Assembly: GCA_049975205.1 (NCBI GenBank)
Contig: JBNGDL010000002.1
Location: 132,498 to 196,497 of the forward strand
DNA: 64,000 bases
Direction of reading: 5' to 3'
From: Anaerolineae bacterium
GTDB lineage: Bacteria; Chloroflexota; Anaerolineae; B4-G1; SLSP01
Shown here one piece after another: positions 1 through 7,846 of this stretch. The notes under the pieces were generated by a model. It saw only the letters and a program-made list of their open reading frames with translations. It did no database searches and was not told the DNA's origin. A program made the position numbers and the translations under genes. How positions within the stretch are numbered: the stretch's first letter is position 1; the number at the start of each line of letters is the position of its first letter.

Positions 1-2493
1 CTCTTTGCCGGAGCGCCGCTGTTGGCAAACTCACAGGTGGGCGCGCTCTACCCGTTGAACTGGGTGCTCTGGCTGATTGCGCAGCCCTCGCTGGCGGGGA
101 TTGCCCGCGTGCTTCATTGGAGCGTGATCGGGCACCTCTGGCTTGGTGCGCTGAGCGTCTATATGCTGAGTCGCCGGTTGGGGTATGGACGTTGGGGCGC
201 AATGTTGGCCGGCCTCATCTACGCCGGCAGCGGCTTCTTGGGCACCCATAGCGAGCATCTCAATCAGCTTCAGGCTCTAGCGTGGCTGCCTCTGCTCTTG
301 CTGCCCCCTGTGAATTGGCGTGGAGACCACGGGCTCGGTTTCCTGGAGCTACCGCGACCACTGTCGATTGTCGCGTTTGCGATGATCTTGCTTGCAGGGC
401 ACACTCAGATGGCTTTCATCGCGTTGGTAGCACTTGCGGGGTGGCGCCTTGTCGGGGTTGGGCTCATCTTCTCCAGCGGTCGACGCGAGAGATACAGGAT
501 CTCTGCCCAGACATGGCATAATCTAGGGAGGCTTGCGCGCCGGTGGTTTGCTCTGCTCCTTCCGTTTGGGCTCGCATTCCTAGTTGCCGCCGCCCAGCTT
601 GTGCCGACGATTGAGCTCGCCGCGCTGTCGGGTCGAGGGGTCGGCCTAGATTGGCGTGAGGCTGTGTCTTTCTCCGTGGCGCTTTGGGAGGCCCACCGTG
701 CGTTGCTGCCCCCATACCTTGCAGCGCCGCTCTATCCCGAGGGCGTTGCCTACCTGGGGATCATGGGCTTGCTCCTCGCGATCGCCGGTGCCTGGGTCGC
801 GTATAGGCGTCGCAACGCCGTGGGGTGGGGTGCGGTTGCTCTGGTTGCCCTTGGCATCTTCTTGGCTCTGGGAGGCTACAACCCTCTCTACTTGCTCCTG
901 GTTCGAGCCGGCGTGCCCGGTCTGGCGCATTTCCGTGCCCCAGCACGTTTCCTGGCGCTTTATGGGCTGGGGGGTGCGTTGCTTGCGGGCCTGGGCGCAC
1001 AAGGGGTCACGAGGTGGGTTGGACGTCGGCAGGGGATCGGACGACTTGTGCCGCGGTTTGCTCCTGCTGGGCTGGTTGTGGTGCTCGGCGCGGAGCTACT
1101 GCTCTCGGCCGAGGCTCTGCCTCACGCTGATGCGACGGCATCCCGGGCCTACACTGACCTGAGGCCTGCGACGGCACACCTTGTGGCGGCGTCTCAGGCA
1201 GCAGAGCAAGGCGGGCAGCCGACCGCCCGTTTTCTGAGCATCTCGCAGATGCTCTTCGAGGTGGGGGATAAGGCGGAGATCGAGGCCGTCTACGGGGACG
1301 CCTTGTCCCCGGACGCGATGTTAGCCTACCTGGTGGCTGCGAAACAACGAGACATTCTGGCGCCCAACCTCTCTTTAGCCTTTGGTGTATCAGCCGTGGA
1401 CGGCTACGATGGGGGTCTGCTGCCGTTACGCCACTATATCGCTTTCTCTGAACTTCTGCTCCCTGGTGGCACCCTCGATGGCAGACTTCGCGAGAACCTG
1501 CGCGAGATCCCCGACCAGCGATGGCTAGACCTCCTCGGGGTTCGCCATCTGCTCACAGACAAGACGGGCGACGTCTGGCGCGACGGCATCTTGTATGATC
1601 GCCAGTTTCAGCCGACGTTGGCGCCGGGTGAGGCTTTGAGGGTGGGGTGGCTTCCCGATGATTTCCTTGCCGATGGTCTGGCTTTGCTTGCAGAGGGCAC
1701 CGGCGGGGAGGTCACCCTAGACCTGAACGATGGACGCGTGATTCAGCGCTCGTTTGAGAGCTCTGCGGAGGGTGACGGGCCACAGTGGGTTCGCTGGGAC
1801 GAGCCGGCCCTGGTCACCGCGCTCGAAGTCCGTGCCTCGTCTGAGGGCCTTCAGCTCTTCGGGGCAAGCTTGTGGGATGGGCGGGTCGAGGCCTTCTATC
1901 CGCTCGTCCTGTCGGAGTCCTTTCGGCTCGGGCACTCAGGAGACGTCAAAATCTATGAGGATCTGACGCCGCCGGCTCGTGCGTTTCTCGTGCACGGGTG
2001 TCAGGTGACGACTTCGGATTCCGAGGCGTTGAGGCTAATGCGGGATCCAGTGTTCGATCCCTTCACGACGGTTGTACTGATGGAGGACCGCGGCGTCGAT
2101 GCGGAGCGGTGCTATGACCTCGATGGCGCTGCAACATTGGGTGAGGAGCGGGTTTCGGTCAGGTACGAAGGGGGTCGAGTTGTGGTCGACGTGGTGGCTG
2201 CCGACCCAGGGTATCTGGTGTTGACGGATGCTTGGTACCCCGGGTGGCGGGCGAAGGTGAGCGACGCCAGCGCGGCTGCAGAACGGATTCGCACCACCGC
2301 GGAAGGGACGGGTTCAGGGCCTACCTCACCGTTGCGGGCGGATCTTCTGTTTCGGGCCCTGCCCATCGATCCAGGAGCGTGGAAGGTTGTATTTGAGTAT
2401 GAGCCCCGCGCTCTGTATGCCGGCTTAGGGCTGAGTGTGCTTGGGATTTTCGGCCTTCTGGTATATGCTTTCTATACAAATCCCAGGACTTGA
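1..2493 (+). CDS. YfhO-like polytopic membrane protein (putative GT-C type glycosyltransferase), 5' end cut by window edge
   Basis: The frame is open from base 1 (LFAGAPLLANSQVGALYPLNW...), so the listed TTG at 22 is not a real start. There are many hydrophobic segments in the first ~380 aa. The C-terminal 'LTDAWYPGWRAKV...FRALPIDPGAWKVVFEYEP' plus a final TM helix is the pattern I associate with the YfhO family. Confidence 0.6.
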   Translation, partial: LFAGAPLLANSQVGALYPLNWVLWLIAQPSLAGIARVLHWSVIGHLWLGALSVYMLSRRLGYGRWGAMLAGLIYAGSGFLGTHSEHLNQLQALAWLPLLLLPPVNWRGDHGLGFLELPRPLSIVAFAMILLAGHTQMAFIALVALAGWRLVGVGLIFSSGRRERYRISAQTWHNLGRLARRWFALLLPFGLAFLVAAAQLVPTIELAALSGRGVGLDWREAVSFSVALWEAHRALLPPYLAAPLYPEGVAYLGIMGLLLAIAGAWVAYRRRNAVGWGAVALVALGIFLALGGYNPLYLLLVRAGVPGLAHFRAPARFLALYGLGGALLAGLGAQGVTRWVGRRQGIGRLVPRFAPAGLVVVLGAELLLSAEALPHADATASRAYTDLRPATAHLVAASQAAEQGGQPTARFLSISQMLFEVGDKAEIEAVYGDALSPDAMLAYLVAAKQRDILAPNLSLAFGVSAVDGYDGGLLPLRHYIAFSELLLPGGTLDGRLRENLREIPDQRWLDLLGVRHLLTDKTGDVWRDGILYDRQFQPTLAPGEALRVGWLPDDFLADGLALLAEGTGGEVTLDLNDGRVIQRSFESSAEGDGPQWVRWDEPALVTALEVRASSEGLQLFGASLWDGRVEAFYPLVLSESFRLGHSGDVKIYEDLTPPARAFLVHGCQVTTSDSEALRLMRDPVFDPFTTVVLMEDRGVDAERCYDLDGAATLGEERVSVRYEGGRVVVDVVAADPGYLVLTDAWYPGWRAKVSDASAAAERIRTTAEGTGSGPTSPLRADLLFRALPIDPGAWKVVFEYEPRALYAGLGLSVLGIFGLLVYAFYTNPRT

Positions 2494-2571
2494 GCTAGAA
2501 TGGGGGTGCAAACCGTTCTCAAACATTAACTGAAAGGTTATGATCTGGGTTTCGGATTTTAACTGTTTTTA

Positions 2572-2580
2572 TGTTATACT
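2572..2580 (+). promoter_or_regulatory. Candidate extended -10 promoter for the signalling cluster
   Basis: TGtTATACT (TG at 2572-2573, TATACT at 2575-2580) lies in the only AT-rich stretch (2494-2624) upstream of the first receiver gene. The -35 is poor (best TTCGGA, 18-nt spacer). Confidence 0.4.
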
Positions 2581-2624
2581 GGGCACGATCCGGTGGCGTG
2601 CCGATAGCTCGATCGAGGTGCCGC

Positions 2625-3005
2625 ATGAAGATTCTCTATGTTGAGGATAGCCCTTCGAATCGCTTGCTTGTGAAACGTGTGCTCATGGCTGAGGATTACG
2701 AGGTCGTCGAAGCGGAGGATGGCTTAGCCGGTCTCGAGGTCGCTCGTCAGGAGCACCCCGACCTGATTCTGATGGATATGAATCTTCCGGACGTAGACGG
2801 CTACGAGATGACGCGCCGGATCTGCAACGACCCAGAGTTGTCTCACATCCCCGTGGTTGCGATGACGGCGAACGTGATGCAAGGGGATCGAGAGAAAACG
2901 CTTGAGGCTGGCTGCGTTGGATACATCCCCAAGCCAATCGATGTGGACGCGCTGCCTTCTCAGGTGGCGCGTTTTCTTGAGAGCGAGGCTAAGAAACCCA
3001 GATGA
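2625..3005 (+). CDS. Single-domain response regulator (CheY-like receiver), RR1
   Basis: I place the start at ATG 2625 (MKILYVEDSP...); the listed 2571 start lies in the promoter region. Receiver motifs are 'YVEDS', acceptor Asp in 'DLILMDMNLPDVDG', 'VVAMTA' and 'YIPKPI'. It is 126 aa with no output domain. Confidence 0.85.
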   Translation: MKILYVEDSPSNRLLVKRVLMAEDYEVVEAEDGLAGLEVARQEHPDLILMDMNLPDVDGYEMTRRICNDPELSHIPVVAMTANVMQGDREKTLEAGCVGYIPKPIDVDALPSQVARFLESEAKKPR

Positions 3006-3421
3006 AATGGAGCGCCACGCCGCCGTCGGAGGCGGTCATCCTAATCGTCGAGGATAACCTCAACAACTTCATCTTGATGACGAGGCTACTTGCTTTCCTG
3101 GGGGTCAAGAAATGCGAATGGAAGGCCTCGGGTTGGAAAGTCCTGGAGTTTGCCGAAACGCTGGGCAAAATCGATCTGATCTTGATGGACATTGCCCTTC
3201 CGGATGCTGATGGCTATGAGTCGCTGAAATCCTTACGGTCCGACGAGCGGTTTCAGGACGTGCCGATCGTAGCCGTGACGGCTAACGCTTCTGTTGAGAA
3301 CTTCCAGCGCGCCAAGAGAGAGGGTTTCGACGGGTTTATTGGCAAGCCCCTCGATCCGGAGCGCTTTCCAAACCAGGTGAGAAGAATCCTGGGGGGTGAG
3401 GAGGTATGGGAGCGGGTCTAG
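3002..3421 (+). CDS. Single-domain response regulator (CheY-like receiver), RR2
   Basis: ATGA start/stop overlap with RR1 (3002-3005). Receiver motifs are 'ILIVEDN', 'DLILMDIALPDADG', 'IVAVTA' and 'FIGKPL'. It is 139 aa with no output domain. Confidence 0.85.
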   Translation: MKWSATPPSEAVILIVEDNLNNFILMTRLLAFLGVKKCEWKASGWKVLEFAETLGKIDLILMDIALPDADGYESLKSLRSDERFQDVPIVAVTANASVENFQRAKREGFDGFIGKPLDPERFPNQVRRILGGEEVWERV

Positions 3422-5787
3422 TCGAGCCACGAGAATCAGCCCCAGATGTCCCCCGTGTCATTCCGACGACGGGGATGCGGGGCGGATTGGGAAGGACGCT
3501 GCTTACCGCATTCCTGATTCTGACCATCCTGCCTCTGGTCGTGATCGGGGGCTATGCTGCCCAGCAGAACCGCCGGAACCTAGAGGAAGAGGCGGCCTCC
3601 CGCTTGCTGGCAATCGCGGCCCTTAAAGGAGAGATGCTTCTGCGCTGGATTGAGGAGCTCCAGGCGATCACGGCGTCGGTGGAAGGGGGGAGCATTCGGT
3701 CGGCCCCTGCCGAGACCTGGGTACGTCTAGAGGAGCAGGTGCCGGAGTTGCGCGGCGCGGTGGTCCTGGAGTCGGGCGGTACCCCCGTATGGCAGTTCGG
3801 CGGGTGCGAGCGTGCCGTTGAGGATCACATGCCTTCTCTGAGTTCCGTTTCCAGTGGAAGCCTTCCAACTCCGTTTGCACTCTACACGCCAGAGTCGGTT
3901 GCCGTCGTCCCTGTCTCTACGCCTGGAGGGACTTGGATTCTGTGTCTGCAGGACGCCGCTCTCGACGGCGTTATCAACACCGATGCCGGTATCGGGGAGT
4001 CAGGACGGGTCCGTTTGATCGTAGCCTCCTCAGTCTGGCCCAGCGCTTGGGGCTCCGTGGAACCCTTCTTGGACTCTGGGATTGACATTTCAGAGCCCCG
4101 AACCGCGATGTACGAGGACGAGGAAGGCGAACAAGTCATCGGCGCCTTCTATCCACTTCCCAACCTCGATGGAGGCGTCCTGGTCGAGCAGGCCCAGACT
4201 GAGGTCTTGGTGTCCACAGAGCGCATCGCGGCAACACTGATCGCGCTGGTCATGGCTGTCGCGCTCTGCTCCACGGCGATCGCTGCCGTCGTCATCCGCC
4301 AGATCACGCGCCCTGTGATAGAACTGACGGAGTCTGCTTTGGCGATGGCCGAAGGCGACCTGGATCAGCACCTCTCGGTGCGCTCTCGGGATGAGATAGG
4401 CATTCTCACGTTCGTCTTTAACGAGATGGCTGCCGAGCTGCGCTCGCTCTACAAGGACCTGGAGGCGAAGGTCGTTGAGCGGACACGAAGGCTTCAGCGG
4501 GCTAACTATCAGATACAACGGCGGGCTCTGCATCTGCAGGCTAGCCAACGAGTTAGCCAGGCGATTACCTCGATCCGGGATCCGGATCTGTTGCTTGGAC
4601 AGGTCACTGACCTGATTCGAGACTATTTCATCTATTCCTCGGTGGCCGCTTACCTGGTGGCTCCAGGTGGGGGTGAGGCACGGCTTCAGGCATCTAGTCC
4701 GCAACCCGGTCCGGAGGAGCTTGAGGGGAGTCACGACGGCTGGCCACAGAAGCTGCGGGCAGGAGATGGCTCGATCGTGGGTCGCGCGCTCCGGAAGGGC
4801 ACGTCCCAGGTGCATAATGAGCCAGCGCCCTCAGAGTATGGTTGGAACACTCTGATGGTGAGCCGCGCCGCGATCCCGATGAAGATGGAGGATCGCATGG
4901 TGGGCATCATTGGGGTTCTGACGACCGTCCACGAGGGCATCCAAGAGGATGAGTTAGAAGTGTTGGAGGTCCTGGCCAACCAGGTGACGATCGCTCTAGA
5001 GAACGCCCGTGCCTATGAGCGCGAGCGCCTGGCTATCGAGCACCTGGAGACGGCGGAGGCCTTCAAGGGGCGGTTCCTGGCCAACATGTCGCACGAACTT
5101 ATGGAGCCTCTCAACACGATCATTGGGTTCTCGCGCGTGCTTCTGAAGGGGATTGACGGTCCACTGACCCGGCGACAGCGGGAGGACCTAGAGCAGATTC
5201 ACGGGGATAGTCAGCATCTGCTGCTGATGATCAACGACGTGCTCTCGATCTCGCAGATACAGGCGGGGTTGGTGGATCTGCGATTGCAGAGCGTGGATCT
5301 TCACGAGCTCGTGGATGGTGTCCTGCCCACCGCAGGGGCTCTGATCCGGGGTAAGGAGATCGAGCTGAGGCAAGAGATCCCGAACCGACTCCCGTCAGTA
5401 CGCGCTGACCCTTCTCGGCTGCGGCAGGTGCTCGTGCATTTGCTCAATAACGCAGCTAAGTTCACGGAAGAGGGGGAGATCTGCCTTAAGGCGTGGACCA
5501 ACGACGGTGAGGTCTACGTGAGTGTAAGTGATACCGGGGTCGGCATCCCGGTCGAGGACCGGGAGCGGATCTTTGCCTATTTCGAGAAGGGGAACCACGG
5601 TGATGCCCGGCCCGAACAGGGGGCAGGGCTCGGGCTCGCTCTCTGCAAGGAGTTCGTGGAGCTTCACGGCGGCAAGCTCTGGGTCGATAGCGAGGTCGGC
5701 GCCGGCAGCGTGTTTACCTTCACTGTGCCTTTAGATGGTGTTTCTGAGGTGGATGCCCTTCAGACTTGTGGGCAAGAGGCCGGCTGA
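3406..5787 (+). CDS. Transmembrane sensor histidine kinase (periplasmic domain-HAMP-S-helix-GAF-HisKA-HATPase), protein A
   Basis: Two TM segments (LLTAFLILTILPLVVIGGYAA and IAATLIALVMAVALCSTAIAAVVI) flank a ~230-aa outside region. HAMP is 'RPVIELTESALAMAEGDLDQHL..DEIGILTFVFNEMAAEL' and the S-helix is 'LEAKVVERTRRLQRAN'. There is one GAF-like region. The H-box is 'FLANMSHELMEPLN' (His codon 5092-5094), the N box 'LLNNAAKFT', G1 'DTGVGI' and G2 'GAGLGLALC'. An alternative start is ATG 3475 (MRGGLGRTLL...). Confidence 0.85.
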   Translation: MGAGLVEPRESAPDVPRVIPTTGMRGGLGRTLLTAFLILTILPLVVIGGYAAQQNRRNLEEEAASRLLAIAALKGEMLLRWIEELQAITASVEGGSIRSAPAETWVRLEEQVPELRGAVVLESGGTPVWQFGGCERAVEDHMPSLSSVSSGSLPTPFALYTPESVAVVPVSTPGGTWILCLQDAALDGVINTDAGIGESGRVRLIVASSVWPSAWGSVEPFLDSGIDISEPRTAMYEDEEGEQVIGAFYPLPNLDGGVLVEQAQTEVLVSTERIAATLIALVMAVALCSTAIAAVVIRQITRPVIELTESALAMAEGDLDQHLSVRSRDEIGILTFVFNEMAAELRSLYKDLEAKVVERTRRLQRANYQIQRRALHLQASQRVSQAITSIRDPDLLLGQVTDLIRDYFIYSSVAAYLVAPGGGEARLQASSPQPGPEELEGSHDGWPQKLRAGDGSIVGRALRKGTSQVHNEPAPSEYGWNTLMVSRAAIPMKMEDRMVGIIGVLTTVHEGIQEDELEVLEVLANQVTIALENARAYERERLAIEHLETAEAFKGRFLANMSHELMEPLNTIIGFSRVLLKGIDGPLTRRQREDLEQIHGDSQHLLLMINDVLSISQIQAGLVDLRLQSVDLHELVDGVLPTAGALIRGKEIELRQEIPNRLPSVRADPSRLRQVLVHLLNNAAKFTEEGEICLKAWTNDGEVYVSVSDTGVGIPVEDRERIFAYFEKGNHGDARPEQGAGLGLALCKEFVELHGGKLWVDSEVGAGSVFTFTVPLDGVSEVDALQTCGQEAG

Positions 5788-5836
5788 GCCTGTGATGCGC
5801 TCGAAATGGATTGAGACACGGTGAGAGAGATGGCTC

Positions 5837-7840
5837 ATGTCTAAGGAGAGGATCAGCAGCGCCGTTACAGACGCTGTGACGGGATCGCGCAGGATGGCTG
5901 GGGATCCTGGGTACCTATCCAGCGACCAACTGCGCCGGATCCTGAGGATCGCCGCGCTCATTGTGCTGCCGCTGTGGGGACTGGTTGTGCTAGATCTTTA
6001 CGGCACGCCTCAGTCGTGGCTCATCACCCTCGCTGGCGGTGCGTTTGCCCTGCTCGTGATCGGGGCTTTCCTACCTTTACCTCGCACGCTCCGAGCCTGG
6101 ACGTTGCCCGTCGCGCTCTTCCTTCTGGGCAGTGTAGATCTGCTCGTCTATGGATGGACCGGAAGCGGTCGGGTGATATGGCTAGCAGCCGCCGCGGCGA
6201 CTGGCATCCTACTGAATGGGCGGTCGGGAGCTATTATCCTCGCTGCGGTCAGCCTGTTGCTGTTGGGCTATGTGGTGGTCTCCGGGGTGGGGCAGCTAGT
6301 ACCTGTGACACAGAGCCCTCAGCCACCGTTGATGATGCTCATCGCAGGGTGGGGCATCTTTGGTCTCTCTGGTGCGGCACTCATCGTGCTCCTGTGTCAG
6401 CTAGTAGCTGGGTTGCAGGGAGCGTTAGCGTTCGTTGAAGACGAGGCCCAACTTGCAGCCGCCGAACGCGACGAGAAGATAGCGCAGGCAACCGAACTGG
6501 AGGCGTCTGTAGAGGCTCTTGAGCGGAGGAACGCCCAACTGGAGGCGAGCCTTTCTGTGACCCGGCTGTTCTCGATCGTATTTGACCCCGAGGGACTGCT
6601 CAATCGGGCTTCGGAGCTTATCTCGGACCACTTTGGATTCGATCATGTAGCGATATATCTGATGAATGAGACCGGCGAATGGGCAGTGCTCCGGGCAGCC
6701 TCGTCGGTGCCAGGGAAGGAGCTCGTGCTCAAGGAGCAGCGAGTGCGGAGGGGAGAGGAGACGCGCGTGGGCTGGGTTGCCGAGCACCGGCAGCCGCGTC
6801 AGGAGGGTGTGTGCGAGCAGGTGCCGGCCTCGCTTGCTGTCGGCGATTTTCCTGGAAGCTGCTCGTTCCTCGCGCTTCCTTTGGTCGTCAATGGGCAGCT
6901 GCTGGGGATTCTTGATCTTCAGAGCAGTGACGAAAGCGCCTTTTTGGAGAGCGAAACGGAGGTGTTTGCACGGCTGGGGGAGCACCTGGCTCTCGCGATC
7001 AACAACGCGCAGCGCCTGGCTGACGAGGTCGTCCTTCTCGAGAAAGCCGATCCGTTCTATGCGATGACCAACCAACTGGCGACGGCGCGCTCGGAAGCGG
7101 AAGTCTATCAGATCATCCTTAACCCCCTTGTCGACTATAACCCCTCGCGGATTCTCGTGGTTCGTTCGTTTGACGACTCCAGAGATCTGTATGTGGTGGT
7201 CGATAGGGAGGCAGGGGTACCACCGGATGCGCTGGATGACGCACTGGTGTTTCCGGAGAAAGAGTTGGTCGATCTGCAGCCCTCCGGATTGGTCGATCTG
7301 GCGATCATCGGAACGGCTCTTGACGCGCCATTGTGGGCGGAGAACCTGTGGGATCTGGACTCCGAGCTCAGCCCCGAGCTTCGGATGGCCCTAGAGAGCC
7401 TTGCAGAGAGCAGCTCGGTTGGCGGGCTCTCCTTCATCCCCATCCGTTCGGAGCCGGGGTTTGAAGGTGGCGGTGACACCTCTACTGGTGGCAACACCCT
7501 TGGTGGCATCATTGTGCTCTACGGTACCGTGCATCGGTTTATGCCAATGGAGCGTCAGCTTCATAGACTCCTCACGGAGCTAGCTGGACCCGCTATAGAG
7601 CGCAGTCGGCTCCTTGCCGATGCACAAACACGGTTGGAGCAGGAACAACTGCTCTTTTCGATCGGTCAGCGACTTCGTGCCTCCTTCGACCCTGACGCGA
7701 TCCTGCGCACCACCCTAGAGGAACTTGGGACCCTGTTGGACGCTGAGTTGGCGGTGATTGAGATCAAGCCGGAGTTCGGTGAGCCGGAGGCCGGCTCAGG
7801 CGATGGGGCCGAGTCAGGCGAGCGCCTGGCAAGTGGGTGA
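5837..7840 (+). CDS. Polytopic (about 6 TM) membrane protein with coiled coil and 2 GAF-like domains, no output domain, protein B
   Basis: About six hydrophobic helices lie in aa 40-195. The coiled coil is 'EASVEALERRNAQLEAS'. The canonical GAF reads 'FGFDHVAIYLMNETGEWAVLRAASS...LALPLVVNGQLLGILDLQSSDESAF...LALAINNAQRL'. A second degenerate GAF contains 'LGGIIVLYGTVHRF'. It ends with the shared tail 'LLFSIGQRLRASFDPDAILRTTLEELGTLLDAELAVIEI'. No H-box or ATPase boxes are present. Confidence 0.7.
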   Translation: MSKERISSAVTDAVTGSRRMAGDPGYLSSDQLRRILRIAALIVLPLWGLVVLDLYGTPQSWLITLAGGAFALLVIGAFLPLPRTLRAWTLPVALFLLGSVDLLVYGWTGSGRVIWLAAAAATGILLNGRSGAIILAAVSLLLLGYVVVSGVGQLVPVTQSPQPPLMMLIAGWGIFGLSGAALIVLLCQLVAGLQGALAFVEDEAQLAAAERDEKIAQATELEASVEALERRNAQLEASLSVTRLFSIVFDPEGLLNRASELISDHFGFDHVAIYLMNETGEWAVLRAASSVPGKELVLKEQRVRRGEETRVGWVAEHRQPRQEGVCEQVPASLAVGDFPGSCSFLALPLVVNGQLLGILDLQSSDESAFLESETEVFARLGEHLALAINNAQRLADEVVLLEKADPFYAMTNQLATARSEAEVYQIILNPLVDYNPSRILVVRSFDDSRDLYVVVDREAGVPPDALDDALVFPEKELVDLQPSGLVDLAIIGTALDAPLWAENLWDLDSELSPELRMALESLAESSSVGGLSFIPIRSEPGFEGGGDTSTGGNTLGGIIVLYGTVHRFMPMERQLHRLLTELAGPAIERSRLLADAQTRLEQEQLLFSIGQRLRASFDPDAILRTTLEELGTLLDAELAVIEIKPEFGEPEAGSGDGAESGERLASG

Positions 7841-7846
7841 GGTGGC

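Noticed and set aside
2571-2624. N-terminal extension of RR1 in the listed ORF (MLYWARSGGVPIARSRCR)
   Set aside because: It overlaps the TGtTATACT promoter-like element and has no RBS. Receiver homology begins at Met 2625.
4090-4815. 241-aa ORF on the minus strand inside kinase A. Similar long antisense ORFs occur at 6425-7075, 8460-9011, 11763-12647, 16209-16787, 17863-18555, 20689-21168, 21901-22416, 26308-26832, 46767-47429 and 54223-54978.
   Set aside because: All lie fully inside, and antisense to or out of frame with, genes that have strong family motifs. Their translations are Arg/Pro/Ser/Gly-rich low-complexity strings typical of shadow ORFs in high-GC DNA. None has an RBS or a recognisable motif.
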